DNA from: Vitrella brassicaformis CCMP3155
Lineage: Eukaryota; Protista; Chromerida
DNA: 64,000 nt
Assembly (NCBI GenBank): GCA_001179505.1
Contig: CDMY01000982.1
Span: forward strand, 166,954-230,953
Direction: 5' to 3'
Below the pieces are notes generated by a model. It ran no database searches. It saw only the letters and a list, made by a program, of their open reading frames with translations, and was not told the DNA's origin. How positions within the stretch are numbered: position 1 is the first letter of the stretch; each line of letters opens with the position of its first letter. Below are positions 1-11,010 of this stretch, in pieces. The translations under genes were made by a program, and so were the position numbers.

Positions 1-90
1 ATACAAAAAGAGATCCATGGATAAGCATAAGCAGACAGACATCCTCTCCTCAGGCATGCATGTAAGTGTGTGTCTGTGTGTCGTGCTCAC

Positions 91-866
91 CTCCTGCTGA
101 GTGCTCCGGCGAGCATGTTGCCCCAGAAGGTGAGCTTGCCCTTGTCGTGCAGGGGTAATGATAGACCGTCCAGCAGAGAAAACGACATCGGCCGCCTCAC
201 CAGCGCCGCAAGACGCCGGTGCCGCCTTTCGGGCCTCGATTCAGCCGGCTGCTCGGTGGCTGGAAGCTCCCCCGCCCTCCTCTTTCTCCGCTTTAGACGA
301 GGTAACACAGAACGAGAGGTCTGCAGTGCCCCCTTCCCATCACCACCGTCAGCCGTCCCCCTGTGCTGACCAGTCCTCTTGGGCAGTGCATTCCGCAGAC
401 CGTTGGCAGTGACGAGATGCCGAATCGATGAAGGCACACTCCCGCACTCACAGCAGAAGAGCATGAGCAGCATCACAGCCGCGTGCACAATGGCAAGCAC
501 GACAGCACGGAACGGTGACGGTGACGGCAGGGGGAGAGAAATGGGATGCGGTCTGCGGCGAGCGGGGCTGGAATGCCATGGTGTTGGCCTTCTGCTGCAG
601 GCGTCGTGCCATCTCTCTGCTGCAGATGATCTCTCTGAGGGCTGATCTAGGGATGATTCTTGCCTGGACGGGTAATGGCTGATGGACTCCATCTTCGTAC
701 AGCTTCCTCTCTTCGCCTTTCGCGGGAGATCTGCTGCGAGCTTAGCAACGACACTCTTCAGCAGCTCGCAGGAGGAAACGCGCTTCTGAGTCAAAGGGGC
801 TGAGTGTTCAACCACCAGGCGTGCGAAACGCCGTCGAAGAAGCAGAAAACCCATAGTTCCGAGCAT
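91..866 (-). CDS. 5' exon of a probable mitochondrial carrier (SLC25) family protein with a long N-terminal leader; gene continues past the left edge
   Basis: The 259-aa ORF ends FWGNMLAGALSR at a GTGAG donor (pos 90-86). This resembles the start of a carrier repeat (xAGAxSRxxAQ...HP.D). An internal hydrophobic segment VVLAIVHAAVMLLMLFCC is followed by an R/S-rich stretch. The true start codon is uncertain. Confidence 0.5.
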
Positions 867-889
867 TGCATCTGCGTCGCCCGATCACA

Positions 890-2637
890 ATGGCAGAGGA
901 AGCATCCTCCGCAGCAGACGTAGCAGCAGCAGGTTCATCGTCCACCATGCGGAAGCGCCTGACCGTGGACACCAAGGCCGACACGAAGCGTGCAGCATCC
1001 GTAGCACCCGCCGGTTCATCGCAGGAGGCCGACGAGGCGGAGGCCCCTGCCTCACCGTACCCTCACTTCCAGATAGGCACGCCATTCGCCGTGCGGTGCA
1101 GCAGATTCGACCAGCTGGTGGAGAAATCGGCCATCTCGCAGTCCCAGTTCTGGGGATTCGCAAACCTCTTTCGTGAGTGAGCCGTACACAGTCACACACA
1201 CGACATGACATCAGCATGCACATTTGGGTCGGTGTGTGTGTGTGTGCTTCAGTGCTGTCGTGTGTGTATTATCTGTTCACTAACCCGTTGATACGGCTGT
1301 ATGATAGGGGAGATCTGTTCGACCCGTCGGTGAGTGGGGCAAGGCAATCAACCAGGACACCTGCAACACACGAGAGTGACCGACCAATGTGTTTTTTCTC
1401 TTTTCGTTTCTGTTTGCTGCTCTGGCTGTGCGTCCGTCCATGTATCCATCCCTCCATCAGCTGGCTCGGATGATGTTTGACGACTTCTTCTTTGTGGTGA
1501 GCTTATGAGGGCAGCCAGGCAGTCGTGCGCTATGCAGGTGCATCTGCTGCTGGTTGGTCTGTCTCTGCCTCCCTCGGCCAGATGTTCATGTGGTTGAAGC
1601 TCTTCCTCTGGGCCTTCCTGTACGCATGTGCGTGGCTAGACAGACAGGCACTCGTGTGTCACTCAATCCGCCTTTGGCTGGCTGGCTGTTTTGTGTGTCT
1701 TGTCTTGTAATGTCCGCAGCGCTCACTTTATGCTGTTGGGCTACTTCCGCGGGTATTACCCACTGGCGGTGCTGCGTGTGCTGCAGCACACCGCACAGGG
1801 CATGTGCATCGGATACGCAATCACAATGTCAATCGTCAAGGAGTCAGCGGAGCGGGAGGAGAGAGATTTTGGTTGCATTGGTCGGCCTCATTTTGTGCTT
1901 GGTGTGCTGTGTTCTGGTGTGTGTGTGTGTTTGGCGTCAGCTGGCCGATGGTGCCGACCGCTTTCTGCACGATGGTCTCGGTGACGCACTTCATGAAGGC
2001 AAGACAGACAGACACAGAGATGAATGAAGGAATCGACGTGACACGCAGTGTGTGTGGGGTATTTTGCGTTGGTCAGATGCACTCTTACATCGAGACGAAC
2101 CTCCGCTATGCAGAGCTGAAGGGCACCCAGCAGGAATGCCCGGACTTTCCCGACAATGTAAGTGTGCGTGCACCTGTGTCTACATCGATGAGCCACACTG
2201 CACACTGCTAGACAGACACATACACGTATGTGTGTGTACCTTGTATCTGCGTGTGCATACCTGCCGGCAGGTGACCCTGCGTAACTTTGCCCACTACATG
2301 ATGTGCCCAGTGCTCGTGTACGAGCCCAAATACCCAGAGTGAATCAACACACACACACACACTCACACTCGTCACATAACGACACTTGACCTGTGTGGAT
2401 TGACGCTTACAGGGGTCCCGGCTTTCGGCTGTCGTATTTCCTGCTCAAGATTGTGTCCATGGCGGGGATTATGGTACGTGAGGGAGCAAAGAGGGTGTGC
2501 TGTAAATGGTGCAGTCACAGATGGAACTGCATCCACGTGTGTGTGTGTGTCAGGCAGTGCTGTATTTGCTGATAACGACCTACATCATTCCCGTCGTCAT
2601 GCAGAGCGATAAACTGCCCTTCTTCGAGACCATTGTC

Positions 2638-2673
<36 letters not shown>

Positions 2674-3640
2674 ACACACACGCGCGCGCACACACCCACC
2701 CCTGCACACGTCGTATGTGTGTATTGGTGTCAGGTTGATATTTCCCTTTCTGTATGCGGTCATTCTGTTTTTCTTTCTGCTGTTCGAGTGCCTCCTCAAC
2801 ATATTCGCTGAGGTCGTCAACTTCGGCGACAGAGAATTCTACCACGTGCGGACGGACGGATGCACACCATATGCGACACGTCCCGCACACAGATCATCAT
2901 AGCCACGTGTGTGTGTGTGTATGTGTATGTGCAGGATTGGTGGAACAGCACGTCATGGGACGAGTTTGCGCGCAAGTGGAACAGGCCCGTGCATGAGTTC
3001 CTCCTGCGGCACGTCTACCTCGAGTCGAGATACAGACACAAGGTAGGTGAGTGAGTCAGGAGACACCAAGGGGTGCGTGGATGGTGGATGGAATTCATCC
3101 GGTCACATATACTCTCACTCATAAGCACGGTGTGGTCTGTGGGTTGTCTGTCTGTCAGTTCAACAAGGGTTGGGCGGCGGCAACCACTTTCCTCTTCTCC
3201 GCCCTGCTGCACGAAATGATCCTGGTCGGTCGATCGGGAGATCTGGGCACCAGCACTCACACCAACGGATGGGCACATGTGACTGACACATGGCTCTGTG
3301 TGTGGGTGCGTCTGTTGTGTTGTGTGTTTCAGGCTGTGTGCTTCCGCTTTATCCGGCTGTACATGTTTGGCCTGATGCTGCTGCAGATACCCCTCATTGC
3401 ACTCGGCAGATTCCACAAAGTCACACACACACACACACACAGACAGACAGACAGAAGGATTCAGATCATATCCCTGTCTGTCTGTCTGTCTGTCTGCTAT
3501 GGCACCATCAGGGCAAGCAGCTCGGCAACTGGATTGTCTGGGGCGGCCTGCTGTTCGGCGTTCCGTTGCTGGCGACTTGTTACAGCCGTGAGTGGCGGCG
3601 GCTCGACGCCTCTGGGGCGGCCCACACACGACTATACTAA
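890..3640 (+). CDS. Sterol O-acyltransferase (ACAT/ARE-like, MBOAT family), multi-exon
   Basis: Spliced exons give FMKMHSY, CPVLVYEPKYP, AEVVNFGDREFY, DWWNSTSWDEFARKWNRPVHEFLLRHVY and the catalytic His in FSALLHE. Stop at 3638-3640. The PVHEFLLRHVY motif is closer to ARE/ACAT than to DGAT1. Confidence 0.92.
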
Positions 3641-4496
3641 TAGCTAGCACCAAGACGGAGGGCAGGGAGACGCAGGGGAGGGCGACCGAGTGTAGCATAG
3701 GACGTACCTACTGGTGTATTTGTGACATACGCACATATACATACATACATACAGACATTGACTGCTCACTCGAGCGAGACACTCGTTGGATGCTCGACCT
3801 CTGTCATATATTCCTTCCGTTCATCCATTGGCCATCCATCCGTACGTTGCTGTCATGAACGTCTTCCGTGTTAAATCTGGCCAGCATGGAAAGCCGCCAC
3901 AAGGTTTGTACATGCCATGCATCCCTCTTGCAAACGAGCCAGTCAGATAAGCTAAGCTGTGCACAGGCGCCCATCTCTTGTCGCCGTCACCCTCCTCTCT
4001 CGCACATGTGTCGCAATGGTACCCTGCACCAGGCAAGTAGCTGTGTGTCACTCATTCTGGCTAACAAGTCAACCACAACTCTCGGAAAGTGACAATGACG
4101 AGCCCCTCACTCATTTTATTGAAGACAGAGGCGCCTTCCTCATGTGATCAATAAAGTGTCACCCGCCCTCGTTCCATTGTTCTTACAGCAGCCAGCGCAC
4201 CCATTGATGATAACATCTGACTAACTTATTAAGTCACCAGGATAAAAAGTGTCTGAAGTGTCTCTCACACACTGTCTAACACACTCAGGCGGGCGCACGC
4301 CCCTCTTCCCGCTGGCTACTCACACCGACGCAAGCCAGCTACCTAGGGCCGCCTCGGCAGCTGTGGCTCCTGCAGATCCTACGACTGTTGTCGCATGTGT
4401 GGAAAGGGCCAGCGAAAAAGACCCCACCACACTCCCCTTGTATGCCCAGAGGCCTGCGGCTGCTGCCGCGGGGCTGTAACGGTGGGGGGCTGTGCC

Positions 4497-4680
4497 GGTG
4501 CCTGTGGCGGGCTGACCGACTTGGGCTCTGAACACACACACATCACACCAAAGACACAGACACATCCAAGCCCCACTCACGAAGGAATGGTGCCTGTGGC
4601 GGGCTGACCGACTTGGGCTCTGAACACACACACATCACACCAAAGACACAGACACATCCAAGCCCAACTCACGAAGGAAT
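4497..4680. repeat. Direct tandem repeat, 2 x 92 bp; each unit is a 53-nt intron-like segment plus 39 nt of exon (minus strand)
   Basis: Units 4497-4588 and 4589-4680 are near-identical. On the minus strand each contains GTGAGT...TGTGTGTTCAG. Confidence 0.95.
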
Positions 4681-4692
4681 GCTCCCGCTCAG

Positions 4693-5438
4693 TCACTGAC
4701 CGAATCTGACGCGATAGGTCCGGCGGTTTTCCATCCACACAGTGGCGATCTCTTTGCCATCCTCGAGGGTCAGGATGCGGGGCGTGAAGTGATCACGGCG
4801 ATAGCCGAACGACGAGCAGATCGTGTGCAGTTGTGACACGTCCACCGCGGCTTGATACACTGGGTTGTCCCGTAGGCTCGCCGGCATAAAGCTGTGGTCG
4901 GTGAAAGTAGTGAGTCTGGCCCTCTCATTGGCCCCCTCGCCGTGAAGGAGCTCCACACCCATGAGGTCGTCTGCGGGCAGAATGGGAGGCCATGACAGCC
5001 CTTTGGTTGTCGTCTCGCGCTCGATATAGGAACTCATGTGGTCTGTAGAGAGCAATCACCATACGACACGACAGCCCGATGTGAAGGATGAAGTGAGAGG
5101 GCATGATGTGATGCCTGCCTGTGTGTGCACCGCACCCACCTATGGACTAGATCAGCACTTGCTGACAGGAGCAACAGCAACGCCTCACACGGGTGCTGAG
5201 AGGACGCACCAGAGAGCACACAGATGAGCGGTAGCTCTGTGATAAGTTTGTCTGCACTGCGTGTGTTCGTACCTCTTGTCAACTCAATGACTTCGGTGAG
5301 CGTCGCAGCACTGTGGCTGTCAACGACAGGTCTGAAACACGTTGACGCGGTTGCCGGCGGGGCAGAGGAGGCTGTCTGCGTCGGGCACAGTGAAGAGGAG
5401 AGGCCCGCCCTGATAGGGAGCGCCGCACACCCACAGAA
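4693..5438 (-). CDS. Hypothetical protein; 5' end unresolved, 3' end ambiguous
   Basis: Two exons (about 5272-5438 and 4693-5044) join in frame (...EVIELTR|DHMSSYIERE...RVRFGQ*) with coding-like codon usage. No recognisable domain. Confidence 0.5.
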
Positions 5439-5785
5439 CTAACGGCTGGCGGTGCCTATGTGAGAGAGGGAACCTCCGAAGCGATGGGTTTTCAATGCGA
5501 TCGGCGTTCAAGCTCGCAGCTTTGAAGAGGGAAGAAGAGGGAAGGGCCGACCTAGCAGTAGCGGCCAGAGGTCCTGTGTATCACTCCTGAGGGTGAGAGA
5601 TGAAAGAAGCACAAAAAGAACCATCGAGAAGCGCCATATGTGCCCCGCTGGTTGGCTGTGCTGCTCATTGTAGGCATCCCCTCATCCGTTTGGCGTCGGC
5701 CGCCCACCATGTGGCAGCGCGTGTTGTCAGGCCAGCCTCCTGACGGCATGAATGAGGGCTGATCTACGCCAGGGAATCTGTGTCA

Positions 5786-8700
5786 ATGACCAGCTCGAGA
5801 TATCGTCCCTCCGGCATCAATGCAGCCACCGCAACGCTCTCGTCGCCAGACGAGCTGCCAGATAATGCCCTCGACAACAGTCTGAGGGCGGTGGCCGCGG
5901 AGGCCGCCGAAGCTGTGATCAGCGGACGTGGAGACCGCGAGGCCCTGAGGAAGAAGCTGCTCGACCAGCGTAAGAAGCTGCTCGACCAGCATGTGCTGAC
6001 GCGCGTCTTTCACGCATTCACCGATGGCGGCAACACGGTCCGCCAGGACATTGCTGCATGCGTGCTGATCCACCACGCCACACACAAGGACCTCGCCCAC
6101 GCCATCATCTGTCTATGTGGGTCGCCTCAACGGTTCATCAGCAGTCTCGCCCCACTGCTGACAGAGACCGACCATGACGGCGTTGCGACCGTCACCTTGG
6201 CACTGCTGCGTATGGCCATGACCAAGGGCCGAGAGGAGGGAAATGCGGCCGACTATCGAGACCATTGTGTGCAGCACCACCCCGCCGTCTTCGGCAAGGC
6301 AGTGGCGCTGGCGGGCAAGATCGCAGGGGAGCGCAGCATGCAGGCCGTCAACTTCCTGCTGTCGGCCTTTTCGCCCGATGGTGAATTCGGCCCGCCCTTC
6401 CCGGGCCCTTCTGCTGTGTCGACATTGGTGTGGGTGGGATTGTTTCGGGTCGTCGTGCGCGTGCTGACTTGTGAGGACCAGGAAACTCGCGACGAATTGT
6501 AAGCCAACAGTTGATGGCCAGGGACAGGCAGACGGGGGGAGAATGGCTCTTTCTGATGCTGCTCTCTCTCTTTTCTTTTTTGTCTTGTTGTTTGTTTGAC
6601 TGCTTCAGTTTTGGCCGCGGTGTGTCTGTCACAGCACTCATCAAGGAGCACATTACATCTGTGGCCCACACGGGTATGTATGTAGTCAGGATGAGGCTAC
6701 CTACATAGACAGACCCACACTGTCTGTGGTCGTGCTGATGTGCTGATGGTGGCTGACCTCAGGATCGAATGATGACCATGCTGCGTACCTGGCTGCGATG
6801 GACGAGCATGTCTACGAGTACGTCGACACGATGGCGGCCACCCTGACGTCTCGCCAGGCAGACAGGCAGGTGCGTGCGGGGGCCGCCGTCTGCCTCATGC
6901 GCATCTTCGACTTCTGCTCCGAATTCGCGAACGCCGCAGAGATAGGTCAGTGCACGGGTGTGTGTGACATCGCATCAATTGCTGGCTGGCTGCGTGTTTG
7001 CGTCTGGGCAGGTCCGGCTTACCTTGCGACTCTGTCGGATGGCCCCGTCCAGCGTTTGATGAGAGTGCCCAAGGCCCTGCAGGCATACGCCGCGGCCGCC
7101 AAGGACCTCAGCATCAACATGGCTGCTTGCTCTCTAGCATCAACATGGCTGGTTGTCCCGCAGATGCTGGCCGGTGAGCGAATCAAACGAGGGCTGCATG
7201 GGTGGGAAGTTAACGAAGCAATGCCTTCTTGTGGGTGTGCTGCATAAATGTCTGCAGCGTGTGGCCATCGTGATGCCGTGTACTCTTCCGGATGCATCTC
7301 GATGGCGTCGGATACCGCCAAGCGCCTCGACAAGAGGCCTCTTGTCGAGGTGGCCCCCTGTGCGGCGGCTCTTCAGAACATCGTCGGACGCGACACAGAC
7401 CTCACCGACGTGCGCGCCAAGGTCAGTCCGGATGGATGGATGGATGCGTCCACGGTCATTGTGTGTTGCCCATTTGCAGATTGCTGTGCGTGACGGCCTT
7501 CCAGGGGTGCTGTGTGACGTGGCCCACGCCTGCATCAAGGGGGGTCACATCGATCAACAGAAGGTGAATGAGTTCATAGACTTCGCCGTCAGAAATCTTC
7601 AGGCACTCGTCAGGTACGCACACACACACACAGACGCCTGTGGTGGGCGATTGGCGTCTTGGTTGAGGATGATGGGTATTCCTGTGTGGATGTGTCTTGC
7701 CGGTGCAGCTATGGTGATCGCGTGAGCAGCCGAGGGGGCAAGTTCCGGCCCAACAGCGTCACGCAGGCCATTCTGCAGCACGAGGCCGTCAAGACGATGC
7801 GGGCGGCCGCTGCCCGGCCGCCGGCGAGACGCAAGGGACACCAGCAGCAGCAGCAGCAGCAATTGACAGTGCCCAAGAAGGTGGGAAGTTATGGGCACGT
7901 GACGGCTCACACGGGCAGTGTCCATATCGATGTACGTATCGTGTGTCAGCTGTTGGATCTGTTTGACGAGATAGAGAGTGCGGCCAGCAAGCGTGCTGAG
8001 AGGCTCATCGCAGAGCTGGACATTGAGGGCACACAGGAGGGGGCCGAGGACACCAACGGCAGCAAGGGCGTCAAGAAGAAGTCCTCCAAGGGCAAGAGGG
8101 GCGGCAAGGGAGCCTCTACCAAGGAGTCGCCGTCACCATCCAGGTCACCGCCAGAAAAAGAAAGAGCACATCCACGTAAATGAGCGGAATGTGTGTGCGT
8201 GTGTATGTGCCGATCGATAGCTGTGGCGCCAACAACGTATCGGAAGACCACAGCGAGCGGCAAGATGAGGACACAGAGGAGCATGATGGCCTTCCAGGTC
8301 CCCCCGGCCCGTCGCCCCCCTCCCCTCCCCGACCCTCATACTCGTACTCATCGTCCTCCGCATCGGCTGCTGGCGGAACCTCTGTGTCGGTGGGGGGAGG
8401 CCATGGGCAGCAGCAAGGGGCGGGTGGCGGTGGCGATGATGGCGGCGGCTTCCTCACCGTCGGCCGCAAAAGGAGGGGCGGCAAAGGCACTGGCGCCCAC
8501 ACACAGCAGCAGACCAACATAGCTGACAAACCAGTCGAGAAGTAAAGCCGACCAAAGCACTCCACCACACTGAGCACTGACAACTCCGGTGTGCCTGTGT
8601 CATCAGCTCGGGAGTCTTCCCGTCATCGTCTTCGTCCGAGTCGACGCGGCCCTCCTCATCGCAGTCGTCTGTGTCTGGCGGCCCCCGCAACGCGCCAGCC

Positions 8701-9467
8701 GTGCCCTTCCCTCTGCCGCCCCGCCCGGCCGCCCCGCCCCCACAGCCTCCCAACAGACACACATATACACCCACACCCACACCAGCACCATCCAGCAGCC
8801 GTGGTGGCTCTGACGAGCAGGGCCTCGCCCCATCGGCAGCCGGGGGCAGTAGCAGTAGCACTTTGGAGAGGGCGGTGGAGGTGGAGGGCCGCGGTGGTCA
8901 GCACAGGTACGCACAGAGCAGCCGAGAAGCAGACACCTGTCCTTCTGTCAATTGCGTGTGTGGTCGCCTCCAGGTGTGGTGGTGGGGTGAGTGAGTTGGA
9001 TGCGCTGCACCAGCAGCTCGAGGCCATGAGAGTCGAGAAGGAGGCCATGCAGAGGACAAACGAGGCCATACTCAAGGAAATCAAGCGCGAGAAGGAGAGG
9101 TAATCCTACCAACACCTGACCTGCACACACTATGGGCGACTGCATTCACCGCTGTTTGTTTGCTGCAGACTAGAGGAGAGCACTGAGTGTGACATCTGCA
9201 TGGCTGAGAAGAAGTCCATCGTACTCATCCCATGTGTAAGCCGACGCACAGGCACAACGGCTCACCTGTCCCTCTCAGCCATCATGCGCTGCCCACCTCT
9301 GTGTGTGTGTGTGTGTGTGTGTGTGTTTACAGCGCCACTTCTGTCTGTGCGGTGTGTGCTGCGGCCTTGATGTCCAAGCCAGTGGCCCAGCGGCCGTGTC
9401 CCCGGTGCCGACAGGCCATCACGGCCACTCGACACGTCTATCTGTGAGTGCGGGGCCATGTTGTTAG
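5786..9467 (+). CDS. Putative E3 ubiquitin ligase copy 1: helical (ARM-like) N-terminus, low-complexity linker, coiled coil, C3HC4 RING; RING exon frameshifted as assembled
   Basis: Exons splice in consistent phases up to ECDICMAEKKSIVLIPC|RHFCLC. The last exon is 2 nt shorter than in copy 2, so CPRCRQAITATRHVYL* (stop 9447) is out of frame and the in-frame stop is at 9465-9467. Confidence 0.85.
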
Positions 9468-11010
9468 CGACCTACTCGTGTGGTGCTACGGCGCACGAGA
9501 GAGGAGGGGTGACTTTGAGGACAGACGGGGGATGATAGACACCCACCACCACCCAGGCACATCGAGGGGGCGCGTGTGGTGGGTCGCATGTGTAGACGGC
9601 AGCTGTCTGTGTGACTGTGCATAGCTTATCTGACTTGCTGGCTGACTGACTGAGTGGCAGGGAGGCGTGCATCATGATGTGACCGTCGATCGATCGATGG
9701 ATGTGTACAGACTCACTCACTTGACATCTGCGTACATATGTACGTTACCCACAGTGTCTGTCGTTGAGTACACGTACACGCGCACATAGACGTACGGTCC
9801 TCCCCACCCATCCATCCAGTTGTGCGAGAAGGTCTGTCTGTACATGCATCGCATCGCATCCCTCCAACGGTAAGCTATGCGCAGGCACACATCTAGCTAC
9901 ACATACCTCCCTCCGCTCATCGGTCGCTATCGCCAGCCAAAGTCATATCTGCGACAGCGGCTCTCACGAGCCCCTGACTGACTATGTAAGTATTCACAGA
10001 TAGACATGTCGAGTGGCCGTGGTGGCCTGCCTACATCGCGGGCACAGCCGCTGGTCTACTGGTTTAGACATCAAGGCGGCAGCGCACGCACCACACAGAC
10101 AGAAGTGACGCTGTAAGCACACACACAATGGGCAGAGCATAGTGGCTGAGAGGGACGTTGAGTGGTTGTGCATGTTGGCCTACACAGGGGATGAGTACGA
10201 TGGACTTCTTCTCGGCCATGCAGACGTCGCACTCGGTGCTCTCGCGCTCCTCCTGCAGCCTGCAACCAACCCACCAACCACGCACACCAGTGAGCAGCGG
10301 ACGGTCAACGAGAGCTCAGTCCGACGACTGACTCTCGTGTTACTTACCTCTCATTCTCGCGCTTGATGGCCTCATTCTGCTTGAGTATGGCCTCCTTCTC
10401 CAGCCGCATGGCCTCGAGCTGCTGGCGTAGCGCATCCAGCTCACTGACCTCACCATCACACCTGGAGGCAGACGACCACACACGCAATTGACAGAAGGAC
10501 AGGTGTCTGCTTCCTCGGCTGCTCTGTCCATCGATACGTACGTACCTGCCGTGACCACCGCGGCCCTCCACCTCCACCGCCCTCTCCAAAGTGCTACTGC
10601 TACTGCCCCCGGCTGCCGATGGGGCGAGGCCCTGCTCGTCAGAGCCACCACGGCTGCTGGATGGTGCTGGTGTGGGTGTGGGTGTATATGTGTGTCTGTT
10701 GGGAGGCTGTGGGGGCGGGGCGGCCGGGCGGGGCGGCAGAGGGAATGGCAGGGCTGGCGCGTTGTGGGGGCCGCCAGACACAGACGACTGCGATGAGGAG
10801 GGCCGCGTCGACTCGGACGAAGACGGGAAGACTCTCGAGCTGAACACACAGACACACCGGAGTTGTCCCTGCTCAGTGTGGTGGAGTGCTTTGGTCGGCC
10901 TTACTTCTCGACTGGTTTGTCAGCTATGTTGGTCTGCTGCTGCTGTGCATTGCCGCCAGTGCCTTTGCCGCCCCTCTTTTTGCGGCCGACGGTGATGAAG
11001 CCGCCGCCAT
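8440..11010. repeat. Inverted repeat: arms about 8440-9447 and 9994-11010, spacer about 550 bp
   Basis: The 3' halves of RING copies 1 and 2 are highly similar, including introns. About 190 nt look identical (8708-8899 vs about 10553-10745). Confidence 0.9.

Noticed and set aside
4497-4680. CRISPR-like or mobile-element repeat
   Set aside because: Only two abutting units with no spacers, TIRs or transposase; explained by an intron+exon duplication.
5960-5990. RKKLLDQ-RKKLLDQ 21-nt duplication in RING copy 1
   Set aside because: A small in-frame slippage duplication with no evident functional signal.
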